DNA of 51,854 nucleotides from assembly GCA_963828255.1 (NCBI GenBank), contig CAWHDZ010000013.1, forward strand, positions 1 through 51,854. The letters are read 5' to 3'. Every line of letters begins with the position of its first letter. The stretch's first letter is position 1. Position numbers and translations under genes: made by a program. Shown in pieces: positions 21,601-30,050 of the stretch. The stretch comes from an uncultured delta proteobacterium. GTDB taxonomy: Bacteria; Myxococcota; Myxococcia; Myxococcales; Anaeromyxobacteraceae. A model generated the notes under the pieces. That model had not been told where the DNA came from and did not search any database. It worked only from the letters and a program-made list of their open reading frames with translations.

Positions 21601-22394
21601 TCCTCGAGAAGATGAACGAGCGGCTGCGGGTGGTGATCCCGCTCACCCTCATCATCATCATCGTGCTCCTGCTCTGGCACTTCCGGAACGTCACCGAGGT
21701 GCTCATCGTCCTGCTCTCCATCCCGTTCGCGCTGGTGGGGAGCGTCTGGCTGCTCTGGCTCCTCGACTACCGGCTCTCCACCGCGGTCTGGGTCGGGATC
21801 ATCGCGCTGGTGGGACTGGCCGCGCAGACGGGCATCGTCATGATCGTCTACATCGACACCGCCTACGAGCGGCGGCGCGCTGCGGGAAAGATCCGCGACC
21901 TCGACGACATCATCTGGGCCCACCTGGAGGGCACGGTGATGCGGGTGCGCCCCAAGCTCATGACCGTGGGCACCATGCTGGTTGGCCTCCTGCCGCTCCT
22001 CTGGGCCACCGGATCGGGCGCCGACGTCATGAAGCGCATCGCCGCCCCCATGGTGGGCGGGCTCATCACCTCGGCCTTCCTCACCCTCGAGATCATCCCG
22101 GTGGTCTACACCTACTGGCGGCAGGAGCAGCTGCTCTGGGAGCGGCTCGCCCCGCTCGATCCGGCCCGCCTCCGCCGGCTGCGCCTCCTGACCGCGGTCC
22201 AGCAGGCCGGCTGGGTGCTCCTCCTGGGCGTCGGCGGCGCGGCCATCTACACGGAGTGGCCGAGGACCGTGCTCGCGGCGGCGCTGGCCGTTGCCACGCT
22301 GGCCATCCTGGGCGGGTTCGCCCTCTACCTCCGGGAGCGCCCCGCCGCCCGCCGGATGGTCTGGCCGACCCAGGCCGGGAAGGCGGCTGCCTGA
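18687..22394 (+). CDS. cusA: CusA/CzcA heavy-metal efflux RND permease
   Basis: DAIPDL, DMYWARSRV, LGPDATG, MSLGGIAIAIG, EFMPPLNEG, RVRPKLMT, MKRIAAPMVGG. Confidence 0.92.
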   Translation: MVSKIIEFCARNRLVVLFGVAIATMAAAWSISRTKIDAIPDLTDPQVIVFTEWMGRSPTLIEDQVTYPVVSALISAPKVVDVRGYSMFGMSFVYVIFDEGTDMYWARSRVNEMLGTMRARLPDGVVPTLGPDATGIGWAFQYTLVDKSGRTSIDELRTFQDFSLRYALGAVPGVAEVASVGGYQKQYQVTIDPNRLRAYGVSLEEVVRAIRESNQDVGGRVVEMSGREYYVRGRGYIQDIGALASTSVKANGPSGVPVLLRDLGTVRFGPDIRRGALDWNGEGEAVGGIVVVRYGENTLEVVDRVKKRLEELKPGFPPGVTAEVAYDRTELIFRSIGTLKRALLEEMLTVAAVILIFLLHVRSALLPMLSLPIAVALAFVPMYFLDIPATIMSLGGIAIAIGATVDAEIVMIEASHKRLESAPPGADRHKLLAEAAREVTPAIFFSLLIIAVSFLPVFTLTGQAGRLFRPLAFTKTFVMLSAAVLSITFAPALRDLLLRGKIRPESKHPISRAIIKVYKPFVFVALRWPKTTIALGLMAILSAVPLALRLGSEFMPPLNEGDVLFMPTTFPGISIEEAKGSLQRQDRVLRSFPEVISVFGKVGRAETATDPAPITMLETTVRLKPASEWRMVDAPRWYSGWAPGWMKTLLRPVWPDRRRIQFDELTAEMNRQTQFPGWTNAYTMPIRARIDMLTTGVRTPVGVKVMGADLGEIEKLGVALERILAPVPGTRSVYYERNTGGLYLDIYPNREALARRGLTVGDVQRTIEAAVGGASISTTVEGRARFSISVRYPQDLRSDVEALKQVLVPVPAAGGRPGGGGGGMGGSGSLTPPTIPRLMLAQMGGGGGGAAAARPPSGSSATDAPALDWARPSSRLEQLPLGDRALKAGGSPGSGSFVPLGQVADIRIVGGPPMLRDEGGLLVGYVYVDVDPSVDIGGYVAHAKEEVAEATEAGGFAVPPGYFLKWTGQYELLEKMNERLRVVIPLTLIIIIVLLLWHFRNVTEVLIVLLSIPFALVGSVWLLWLLDYRLSTAVWVGIIALVGLAAQTGIVMIVYIDTAYERRRAAGKIRDLDDIIWAHLEGTVMRVRPKLMTVGTMLVGLLPLLWATGSGADVMKRIAAPMVGGLITSAFLTLEIIPVVYTYWRQEQLLWERLAPLDPARLRRLRLLTAVQQAGWVLLLGVGGAAIYTEWPRTVLAAALAVATLAILGGFALYLRERPAARRMVWPTQAGKAAA

Positions 22395-22433
22395 CCCGGC
22401 ACGGCCCCCGGGCCACGTGCTGGACCGCGAGCC

Positions 22434-22462
22434 TTGCCCCGGCCCGGTTCTTCGGCTAATTT
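22434..22462 (+). promoter_or_regulatory. Sigma70-like promoter of tRNA-Glu
   Basis: TTGCCC-17 bp-TAATTT, ending 10 nt before the tRNA. Confidence 0.6.
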
Positions 22463-22471
22463 CCGCGCCCC

Positions 22472-22544
22472 GACCCCATCGTCTAGAGGCCCAGGACTCG
22501 GCCCTTTCAAGGCTGCAACCGCGGTTCGAATCCGCGTGGGGTCA
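22472..22544 (+). tRNA. tRNA-Glu(TTC), CCA not encoded
   Basis: Acceptor GACCCCA/TGGGGTC; anticodon arm CGGCC-CTTTCAA-GGCTG; T-arm CGCGG-TTCGAAT-CCGCG. Confidence 0.97.
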
Positions 22545-22550
22545 TTTACA

Positions 22551-22576
22551 GCCCGTTCCTGCTTGCAGGAACGGGC
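22551..22576. terminator. Hairpin, probable terminator between the convergent tRNA and WS/DGAT genes
   Basis: Perfect inverted repeat GCCCGTTCCTGC-TT-GCAGGAACGGGC. Confidence 0.7.
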
Positions 22577-22597
22577 AATTCTTCCCTCGCATGCCGC

Positions 22598-23944
22598 TCA
22601 GGATCCCGCCTGGCGGCGCAGCTCCAGCAGCGCCTCGACCTCGGCGTCGAAGCTGGCCAGCAGGGCCGAGGGGTCCGGGATCACCGCCGCGTCGCACTGG
22701 ATCCCCATCGAGACCTTGCCGGCGTAGGAGAGCACCGAGACGCCCAGCGCCAGGCGGCCGGCGCTGGGAACCCAGAACATCAGCTCACGGAGTGGCGCGC
22801 CACCGATGGAGATCGGGCGCCTCGGACCGACCACGTTGGTCACCACCGCCGTGCCCTTGGCGGCGAAGATCCGCAGCGCAAGGTCGAAGAGCGGCCGGGG
22901 CGCCGCCCCCACCGCCCAGAGCACCTGGTAGACGGCCAGCGCCTGGGGCGAGTCCTTCAGGGCGCGCATCCGGCGGCGGACCTCGAAGAGCCGGTCGAGC
23001 GGGTCCTCGATGCCGACCGGGAGGGAGAGGAAGACCAGGCCGAACCGGTTGCCCAGCCGTCCCGCCGCCTCGGGGCGCCGGAGATTCACCGGCACGACCC
23101 CGCGAACGTCCATCTCCCGGGGCGGCTCGCCGTCGGACACCAGATACCGGCGCAGCGCCCCGGCCAGGGCCGCCATGAGGACGTCGTTCACGGTGGAGCC
23201 GGTGGCCCGGCCGATGGACACGAAATGGTCGAGGTCGAGGGGGCGCGACCAGGCGGCGATCTTCGCCCTTCCCAGCGTCCCCTTGAGCCGGGTGGGAGGG
23301 TCGTCGGGCAGCGCCAGCAGGCCAAGCAGCGACCCGGCGCTCCCCGAGGCGAGCCGCGCCAGGTCCCCGATGCGGCCGGGGTGGGCGAGCAGGGCGCGGG
23401 CCCCCCGCAGCGCCTGCTCACCCAGCGTCACGGCCCAGGAGGCGCTCGGGCGAGCTCCGCGCCGCCCCGGACCGGAGGCGCCGTCGGCCATGGAGAGCAG
23501 CACGTGGACCAGCGCCATCCCGTCGCCGACGCAATGGTGGACCCGCGCGACCACGGCCGACCCGCCCTGGAAGTGCTCGACGAGGTGGATCGTCCAGGGC
23601 GGCCGCCCGGCCGGGAGGGGCTCGGAGAGGAGTCGGCTCACGAAGGCCTGGAGGACCGGCTCCCCGGCGCCCGGCCCGAGCCTCGCCTGGAGGAGGTGCC
23701 GGTCGAGGTCGAACTCCGGGTCGGGCTCCCAGGAGGGAAGCCCCACCCCGGCGAACGGGGGGACCACGCGGCTCGTGAAGCGCCGGAAGCACAGGAGCTG
23801 CTTCTCCACGAGCTCGCGGAGCCGGGCCAGGGGGAGCGGCGCGTCGAGCACCAGGACGCCCGTGACCACCATGAGGTTGTCGGGCTCGTCCATGCGGAGC
23901 CAGGACGCGTCAACGCTGCGGAAGGGGGTGCGCACGGGTCTCAC
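22598..23944 (-). CDS. Wax ester synthase/diacylglycerol acyltransferase
   Basis: DASWLRMD, HHCVGDG catalytic motif, TVNDVL, VPVNLR, LGNRF, TNVVGP, SYAG. Confidence 0.92.
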   Translation of the reverse strand: MRPVRTPFRSVDASWLRMDEPDNLMVVTGVLVLDAPLPLARLRELVEKQLLCFRRFTSRVVPPFAGVGLPSWEPDPEFDLDRHLLQARLGPGAGEPVLQAFVSRLLSEPLPAGRPPWTIHLVEHFQGGSAVVARVHHCVGDGMALVHVLLSMADGASGPGRRGARPSASWAVTLGEQALRGARALLAHPGRIGDLARLASGSAGSLLGLLALPDDPPTRLKGTLGRAKIAAWSRPLDLDHFVSIGRATGSTVNDVLMAALAGALRRYLVSDGEPPREMDVRGVVPVNLRRPEAAGRLGNRFGLVFLSLPVGIEDPLDRLFEVRRRMRALKDSPQALAVYQVLWAVGAAPRPLFDLALRIFAAKGTAVVTNVVGPRRPISIGGAPLRELMFWVPSAGRLALGVSVLSYAGKVSMGIQCDAAVIPDPSALLASFDAEVEALLELRRQAGS

Positions 23945-24372
23945 GCCAGCAGGTGGTCGAGCCCGCTCTTCTTCAGCCAGGCCCGGTAGACCGGGTGGAT
24001 GGGGTTGGTCACCGGCGCGAGCTGGAGAAGCGTGAGCGGCGGCCCGGAGAGCTTCACGCGCCCCAGCGCAAGCGCCAGCGGCACGCTCTCCTTGCCCTGG
24101 AAGAAGCGGTTGGCCACGTCGCTCGCCATCCGCATGGTGATCACCGGCTCCCAATCGGCCGGGCCCCATGTCCAGCGCAGGAACCTCCCCTTCGCCTCCT
24201 CGGCGTCGGGCGCCCCGGTCACGTTGAACTCGATCCCCAGGTCGGTGATGAGGAAGCGGTGGGGAGCGCGGGCGTCGCGCAGCTTGCGCCCCACCGCGGG
24301 CGTCTCGTTCATGAGCTCGAAGACGCGCTCGAAGACGCGCCGGAACTCCGCCTCGTCGCGGAACCCCTTCAC
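23941..24372 (-). CDS. SCP2 sterol/lipid-carrier-like protein
   Basis: VITMRMASDVANRFFQGKESVPLALALGRVKLSG pattern; translationally coupled to WS/DGAT. Confidence 0.7.
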   Translation of the reverse strand: MKGFRDEAEFRRVFERVFELMNETPAVGRKLRDARAPHRFLITDLGIEFNVTGAPDAEEAKGRFLRWTWGPADWEPVITMRMASDVANRFFQGKESVPLALALGRVKLSGPPLTLLQLAPVTNPIHPVYRAWLKKSGLDHLLA

Positions 24373-25409
24373 GGCGCGCTCCCGGGCGCTGCGGCGGGTG
24401 CGGCGGGTGCGGGCCGGGGGATGGCGGCAACGGCCCGGACTGCCACCTCGCAGGCCGCCCGCTCGTCCTCCTGCTCCCGCCCCCCCGTCTCGCAGAGCGC
24501 GGCGTAGGCCCGCAGGATGGCGGGGCAGTCGCTGGCGCCGGAGTAGGCCATCTCCTCCTCGCACTTCTGCACCAGGATGCCGGCCACGAGGAGGTTGGCC
24601 TCCGCCTCGGTGGGCTCGTTCAGGCCGAGAAGCTCGGGATTGCGCAGCATGGTGTCCCGGATGGGCTGGCGGACGGCCCGGAAGTCCTTCAAGGTCCCGC
24701 AGACCAGCGCGGCCCGCCCCACCAGCCGGCGGACGTAGACGTCCACCACCTCCCGCGTCTCCCCGTCGTCGCGGGTGCGGGCGTGGTAGCGGGCCACCCG
24801 ATCCACGCTGCGCGAGGCGCGCTGCAGCGCCCGGCAGTCGTCGGTCCCGGCCAGGGAGGTGAGGATGGCACGGACCGCAGCGCGGCGGGCGTCGTCGAGC
24901 TTGTCGCGGGGCGCACCCTTCAGCTCCTGGGAGAGCGACTCCTCGAGCATGATCATGGCCTTCTCGTCGTAGGTCGGGTCGCGGACGAACTCCTGCAGGA
25001 GCGCGTATCCCACCAGCCGCTTGTCGGCGTTCACGGTGTCGGTCGCCAGCATGCTGGTCTCGAAGAAGGCCCGGTACTTGTCGGCCTGGCTGGCGCGGGC
25101 GAACTCCTTGTTCCACTTGTCCTGCTCGGTCCGGTCGCGGTGCTCCTGCTGCGCCTTGTTGGACCAGGTCTGGTAGGCATTCACCCCCAGTCCAGCAAGG
25201 GCCACGTAGCCAACCAGCACCGGGCCGACGAGGGAGAGGCGGGACCGGTGGGCGGTCCGCTCGGAGCGGAGCCGGTGCAACTCCTCGGCGGCCTTCATCC
25301 GCTGCAGCTCGTCCAGGGTGGCGCTCCGGGCCAGCTCGGCCGGGTCGCCGTTCGGGTCGGCGTGCGGGTCGGGGGGCGGAGGCTGGGACGGCTGTCGTGG
25401 ATCGGCCAT
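24369..25409 (-). CDS. Hypothetical single-TM protein with helical, Cys-containing C-terminal domain
   Basis: Coding bias; one hydrophobic segment; GTGA coupling to the SCP2 gene. Confidence 0.7.
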   Translation of the reverse strand: MADPRQPSQPPPPDPHADPNGDPAELARSATLDELQRMKAAEELHRLRSERTAHRSRLSLVGPVLVGYVALAGLGVNAYQTWSNKAQQEHRDRTEQDKWNKEFARASQADKYRAFFETSMLATDTVNADKRLVGYALLQEFVRDPTYDEKAMIMLEESLSQELKGAPRDKLDDARRAAVRAILTSLAGTDDCRALQRASRSVDRVARYHARTRDDGETREVVDVYVRRLVGRAALVCGTLKDFRAVRQPIRDTMLRNPELLGLNEPTEAEANLLVAGILVQKCEEEMAYSGASDCPAILRAYAALCETGGREQEDERAACEVAVRAVAAIPRPAPAAPAAAPGSAP

Positions 25410-25458
25410 GGAACGATCGTACCTCGCCGCTGCCAGAATGGCGTGGGCGCGGGAGGCG

Positions 25459-25477
25459 CCCTGCCAGATTGGCAGGG
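25459..25477. promoter_or_regulatory. Palindrome, candidate enhancer-binding-protein site
   Basis: CCCTGCCA-GAT-TGGCAGGG, ~50 bp upstream of a -24/-12 box. Confidence 0.5.
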
Positions 25478-25527
25478 AAACCATGGGCCGCGGTGCGCAA
25501 GAGCCCGGACCCCTTCACCTTCGTCGC

Positions 25528-25543
25528 GGGCACGCCGGTTGCT
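25528..25543 (+). promoter_or_regulatory. Sigma54 (-24/-12) promoter
   Basis: GGGCACGCCGGTTGCT matches TGGCACG-N4-TTGCW at all but the first base, with exact GG-N10-GC spacing. Confidence 0.7.
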
Positions 25544-25590
25544 CCACAGGACGTCGGCCCCGATCCATTCCCCGGGGCCTGGAGGCACCG

Positions 25591-26013
25591 ATGGCATCCC
25601 TCTCCCGTCGCCAGAACCCGCTCGTCCTGCTGGTCGAGGACGACCCCGGCCTCCGCGAGGCCGTGGTCAAGGGGCTCACCAAGGCCGGCTACCAGGTGGC
25701 CGCGGCAGGGAGCCGCCGCGAGGCGGTGAGGGCGGCCCACGACCTGAACCCGGACGCGGTGGTCATGGACGTCCTGCTCCCCGACGGCGAGGGGCCGGTG
25801 GCGGCCCGGGAGATCCGCGACCAGGACGGGCTCGCCGCCGTCCCGGTGCTCTTCGTCACCGCCCGGGCGCCGGCCGCGGTGGGGGACTCCCTCTTCCCCG
25901 CTCCGGTGCTCTTCAAGCCATTTACTTACCGTCAACTGGTGGCGTCGGTGCGCGCCCTGGTCCGGCCGCAGGGACCGGCTCCGGCTCCCGGATCCGCCGC
26001 ACCAGCCCGCTGA
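25591..26013 (+). CDS. Single-domain response regulator
   Basis: LLVEDD, MDVLLPDGEG, LFVTA, KPF; GGAGG RBS. Confidence 0.9.
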   Translation: MASLSRRQNPLVLLVEDDPGLREAVVKGLTKAGYQVAAAGSRREAVRAAHDLNPDAVVMDVLLPDGEGPVAAREIRDQDGLAAVPVLFVTARAPAAVGDSLFPAPVLFKPFTYRQLVASVRALVRPQGPAPAPGSAAPAR

Positions 26014-26527
26014 CGTGGGGCTTGTAGTCCCTTCCCGGGGGGGCCACCGCGAAGGAGACCTCGACCTCGTCCGCCCCGCGCCGCGCGTAGACCAGGCGGG
26101 ACCTGGGGCCCGGCTGGCCCGGCTCGCTCTCGAAGATCACCGTCCCGGCCCCGCTGCGAACCCCGTAGCGGATGACGTGCCCCTCGCTGTCCCAGGAGAG
26201 CGCCTGGAGGGCCTTTCCCTTCGGGTAGACGACCGTCAGGTCCTCGCGGACCGCGCCCCTGGCCTCGCCGGGTCGGGGCGCGAACTCGGACCGGCCGCGG
26301 CGCACCGCCACCTTGCCATCGAGGTCGATGGAGAAGGTGAATCCCCCGCCCACCGGCTCGCCGGGCTTTCCCCCGCCCGCGTCGGCCTTCCAGGCGCCGA
26401 CGAGGAAGCGCAGGGCGGCCCAGGGATCGCCGGCCTTCGCGTCCTGCTTCGCCGCGGGCGGCTTCTCGGGCGAGGCAACGGCCGGCGCCGCGAGCAGCAG
26501 GGCGAGCGCGAGGGCGAATAGGTCCAT
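25922..26527 (-). CDS. Hypothetical secreted beta-barrel-like protein
   Basis: Signal peptide MDLFALALALLLAAPAVA; LRFLVGAW; DSEGHVIRY. Confidence 0.7.
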   Translation of the reverse strand: MDLFALALALLLAAPAVASPEKPPAAKQDAKAGDPWAALRFLVGAWKADAGGGKPGEPVGGGFTFSIDLDGKVAVRRGRSEFAPRPGEARGAVREDLTVVYPKGKALQALSWDSEGHVIRYGVRSGAGTVIFESEPGQPGPRSRLVYARRGADEVEVSFAVAPPGRDYKPHVSGLVRRIREPEPVPAAGPGRAPTPPVDGK

Positions 26528-26679
26528 CAGGTTTTCTCCTCGATGGCGGGGAAGGTGGAGAAGTCCACGAACCGTGCGAAGGGGATGCGGAACACGCCGT
26601 GGGCCTGATCGTACCCGTTCTGCGGGCCGGACGCCCCCTTGTGGTTCCAGGGGATCGACCGGTCCGGGGCGGTGGAGGA
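26527..26679 (-). pseudogene. Orphan 3' gene remnant
   Basis: High-GC3 frame STAPDRSIPWNHKGASGPQNGYDQAHGVFRIPFARFVDFSTFPAIEEKT*, TGATG-coupled to the next gene, with no start (in-frame TGA upstream). Confidence 0.5.
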
Positions 26680-26731
26680 TCAGCGCCGTCCCCGGAGTGG
26701 CAAAGACCCGGGAGTGGGCTAGCATCCGGGG

Positions 26732-26917
26732 ATGCGCTTCAGGGTCCTCGCCTGCGCCTGCCTGCTCGCCGGCGCGCTTCCGGCGGCCGACGACGGCTGC
26801 ACCGTGTCGGTGGTCGGGCCGTCGTTCGGGATCTACGACACGACGTCGAGGTCGCCCAACGACGCGGTGGGGCGCGTCCAGATCTCCTGCAAGAGCGTCG
26901 CGACCCTCTTCCTCTAG
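26732..26917 (+). pseudogene. Truncated spore-coat-U/Csu pilin-like gene
   Basis: Signal peptide then CTVSVVGPSFGIYD...GRVQISC; stops at 61 aa. Confidence 0.6.
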
Positions 26918-26930
26918 CCCGGAGGCTCCC

Positions 26931-27431
26931 GTGTTCATTCACTCGAAGTCACAACTGGCCGCCGCGGTCCTGGCCGGGTGCCTCCTCGCCCTCCCCGCCT
27001 CGGCCGAGGACGCCTGCCTGGCCGACGCGAAGCGGCTCTGCCCGACCGTGGCCCCCGGCGCCGGGCGCGTCTACTACTGCCTCCGCTCCAGCTGGAACCA
27101 GCTCTCCGACGGCTGCCAGCAGCTCCTCGACTGGTCCCGGCAGCGGGCCAACGAGGTGGCGCTCGACTGCCAGGCCGACGCCTTCTCCTGGTGCCAGGGG
27201 GTGCCGGCCGGCAAGGGGCGCCTCTTCGCCTGCCTGGCCGGGCACCGCGACCAGCTCTCCTCGGAGTGCAGGAAGGCGATGGCCGGGGTGGAGTGGTTCA
27301 ACTCCGCGTGCGGGGCGGACCGGGAAAGGCTCTGCGCCGGCGTCCCGGTGATCGACGGCGGCGCCATCGCCTGCCTGGTCACGGCCCGGGAGCGGCTCTC
27401 GCCAGCCTGCCAGGCGGTCTTCTGGCCGTGA
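26931..27431 (+). CDS. Secreted cysteine-rich repeat protein (GLG1/Cys-rich repeat type)
   Basis: Three repeats of C..D...(L/W)C..V....G....CL......LS..C; GGAGG RBS and GTG start. Confidence 0.8.
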   Translation: MFIHSKSQLAAAVLAGCLLALPASAEDACLADAKRLCPTVAPGAGRVYYCLRSSWNQLSDGCQQLLDWSRQRANEVALDCQADAFSWCQGVPAGKGRLFACLAGHRDQLSSECRKAMAGVEWFNSACGADRERLCAGVPVIDGGAIACLVTARERLSPACQAVFWP

Positions 27432-28339
27432 TCAGCCCCCGTCGCGCCAGGGCGTGCTGGCCCGGAGCGCGGCCAGGATGGCGCGGGAGCTGGGCGACCG
27501 GTTGAGCGTGTAGAAGTGGATCCCCGGGGCTCCGCGGCGCAGCAGGTCGGCGCACTGGAGGCTGGCGTAGGCCACGCCCAGCTGGAGCGAGGCCTCGGCG
27601 TCGGTGCGCCGCACCCCCATGGCCGCCCGCAGCGGCGGGGGGATGGAGGCGCCGCACATCGCGGTGAAGCGCTCGATCTGGTCCACGCTGGTGAAGGGCA
27701 TCACGCCGGGCATGACTGGGAGTGAAATCCCGGCGGCCCGGGCCCGCTCCACGAAGCGGAAGTAGTGGGAGTTCTCGAAGAAGAGCTGGGTGACGAGGAA
27801 GTCCACTCCCGCGTCCACCTTCCCCTTCAGATGGGCCAGGTCGAGGGCCAGGTCGCGGGTCTCGGGGTGCCCCTCGGGATAGGCCGCCGCCCCCACGCAG
27901 AAGCGCCAGCGCTCCGGCTGGGAGCGCACGAAGGCCACCAGGTCGCCGGCGTGGGCGAAGCCGTCCGGGTGCGGGGCGAAGGCCTTCTCCCCGCGCGGCG
28001 GGTCGCCGCGGAGGAGCAGCACGTTCTGGATGCCGGCGGCCGCCACGTCGTCGAGGACGCGGGCCACCTCGTCGCGCGGGGAGCCGACGCAGGTCACGTG
28101 GGCCACCGGCTCCACCTCGACGTCGCGCTTGAGCCGCTTCACCAGGTCCACGGTGCGTGCCCGCTCCGAGCCGCCGGCGCCGTAGGTCACCGAGACGAAG
28201 CCCGGCCCGAGCGGCCGCAGCGCCTCGACGGTGAGGAAGAGCTGCCGCTCCCCCTCGTCGGTGCGGGGGGGAAGAACTCGAAGGAGAAGACCGGCTCGCC
28301 GCGCTCGCCCGCGAACCGGAGGATGTCCGTGACCTTCAC
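27432..28339 (-). CDS. metF: Methylenetetrahydrofolate reductase, with a 1-nt frameshift near the 5' end
   Basis: FSFEFFPP / FVSVTYGAGGS, HVTCV, LRGDPP, AYPEGH, TQLFF, HFYTLN; G7 run at 28265-28271 where G8 would restore the frame. Confidence 0.9.
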
Positions 28340-28380
28340 AGGGGCGCGAGTATATTCCGCCGGAGAGGACGCACGCGAGA

Positions 28381-28881
28381 ATGAGCACCGAGAAGCCCCC
28401 CCGTGCGGCGCGCTACATCACCCCCGAGGGCTTCCTGCGCATCTCGGCGGAGCACCAGCGCATCTGGACGGTGTCCCGCCCCCGGGTGGTGGCCGAGGTC
28501 GAGGCCGCCGCGGCGCTGGGCGACCGCAGCGAGAACGCCGAGTACGTCTACGGGAAGAAGAAGCTGCGCGAGCTCGACCGCCGGCTGCGCGAGCTCTCCG
28601 TGCGGATGGACTCGCTCACCGTCGTCGACCCGAAGCCCAACCCGTCCAGGCGGGCCTACTTCGGGGCCTGGGTGACGGTGGAGCACGAGGACGGAACCGA
28701 GAAGCGATATCGGCTGGTGGGGCCCGACGAGTTCGACGTCGAGGCGGGCCTGCTCAGCGTGGACGCTCCCCTGGGGCGGGCGCTGCTCGGCAAGCGCAAG
28801 GGGGACGTGGTGCGGTTCCTCCGTCCGGCCGGGCCCGTCGAGGTCACCCTGATCCGGGTCTCCTGGAAGGCTCCGGCGTGA
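28381..28881 (+). CDS. greB: Transcription elongation factor GreB
   Basis: YITPEG, GDRSENAEYVYGKKKLRELDRR, YFGAWV, VGPDE, PLGRALLGK. Confidence 0.93.
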   Translation: MSTEKPPRAARYITPEGFLRISAEHQRIWTVSRPRVVAEVEAAAALGDRSENAEYVYGKKKLRELDRRLRELSVRMDSLTVVDPKPNPSRRAYFGAWVTVEHEDGTEKRYRLVGPDEFDVEAGLLSVDAPLGRALLGKRKGDVVRFLRPAGPVEVTLIRVSWKAPA

Positions 28882-29402
28882 ACGGTCCGCCCGAGGTGAT
28901 CCGCGACCGGGCCGCCCAGAAGGCGCTGCTCGAGCGCTTCGTCCGGGATCGGCCGGCCGCGCTGCTCCTCGACGCGGCCTCCCCGGCCCTCCTCGACCTC
29001 TTCTCGGGGAAGGTCCTGCCGGTGGACTGGACCCGGCTCGAGGGGCTCGCCGAGGGCAGGAACCGCGACACCGGATCCCCCTACCTCGCCCTCCTCCGCG
29101 ACGACGGGCGGCAGGTGATCCTGGCCGACGTCGGGATCGCCTTCGAGCCTCTCGCCGCCGCGACCGGGCCGCTCCCGGGGCTGCCCGCGGTGGTCTGCTT
29201 CCGCGACTTCGCCGCCACCGCCGGCCGGATCGAGCACCTGCTCGTGGACCACCCGGGCGAGCCGGTCACCCGCGACCACCTCGACCTCTTCCTCTTCCTG
29301 GTCGCGGTGGTGGACGGGGCCCGGGCCGTGGGATTCGACGTCTCCACCGAGGAGCGGCGGCTGGAACGGATCCTGGGCGAGATCGAGGCCCGCTCTTCCT
29401 AG
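28878..29402 (+). CDS. Hypothetical protein
   Basis: GTGA coupling to greB; coding bias. Confidence 0.7.
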   Translation: MNGPPEVIRDRAAQKALLERFVRDRPAALLLDAASPALLDLFSGKVLPVDWTRLEGLAEGRNRDTGSPYLALLRDDGRQVILADVGIAFEPLAAATGPLPGLPAVVCFRDFAATAGRIEHLLVDHPGEPVTRDHLDLFLFLVAVVDGARAVGFDVSTEERRLERILGEIEARSS

Positions 29403-30031
29403 CCTTCCGGCTCGACCCCGGCCATGGCCGCTATCCACTCCCACAGTGCTTCCGAGCCGGTCCCCTCCACGGCGGAGAACGGGATGGCCTCGCCGCGCGG
29501 CAGCCCCAGCGCCTGCTCCGCGGCACGCAGGGCCGGGAGTCGCTGGTTCCGGGTCATCTTGTCCATCTTGGTGACCGCCACCACCACCTTGCGCCCGGTG
29601 GAGCGGAGGAAGTCGAGCGCCTCGTGGTCGCTCGGCTGGGGCGGGTGGCGCCCGTCCACGATGAGGACCACCGCCCGCAACGGCTCCCGCTCCCGCAGGT
29701 AGGACTCGATCATCGCCACCCAGCTCTGCCGCTCGTCCTTGGAGACCTTGGCGTACCCGTAGCCGGGCAGGTCGCCGAAGCGGATCCGGGTCACCTTGCG
29801 GGACCCGGAGGGCTGGACCTCGAGCTCGAAGAACTGGAGGGCGCGGGTACGGCCGGGGGTGTTGGAGACGCGGGCCAGCCCGGGCTTCCGGGAGAGCGCG
29901 TTCAGCATGGAGGACTTCCCCACGTTGCTTCGCCCCACGAAGGCGAACTCGGGGAAGTGGGGAGGCGGGGGCCATTCCTGCCGTTTCACGGCGGTGCGGA
30001 GGAACTCGGCTCGGAAGACGCGAAAGGGCAT
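29399..30031 (-). CDS. engB: Ribosome biogenesis GTPase EngB/YihA
   Basis: GRSNVGKSS, SNTPGRT, DLPGYGYA, TKMDK, FSA. Confidence 0.95.
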   Translation of the reverse strand: MPFRVFRAEFLRTAVKRQEWPPPPHFPEFAFVGRSNVGKSSMLNALSRKPGLARVSNTPGRTRALQFFELEVQPSGSRKVTRIRFGDLPGYGYAKVSKDERQSWVAMIESYLREREPLRAVVLIVDGRHPPQPSDHEALDFLRSTGRKVVVAVTKMDKMTRNQRLPALRAAEQALGLPRGEAIPFSAVEGTGSEALWEWIAAMAGVEPEG

Positions 30032-30037
30032 GGCGCG

Positions 30038-30045
30038 ACTATAAT
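30038..30045. promoter_or_regulatory. Overlapping divergent -10 boxes
   Basis: TATAAT (+, 30040-30045) and TATAGT (-, 30043-30038), each 5-6 nt from an ATG. Confidence 0.6.
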
Positions 30046-30050
30046 GCCTC

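Noticed and set aside
9092..21923. Very long ORFs 9092-15163 (+, 2023 aa) and 15183-21923 (-, 2246 aa), and similar shadow ORFs elsewhere
   Set aside because: Antisense or alternate-frame artefacts of high GC3 over clear genes; only the recJ part of the second ORF is real
22472..22600. tRNA-Glu as an integration site
   Set aside because: No integrase, no duplicated tRNA 3' end seen, and the flanks look like host genes
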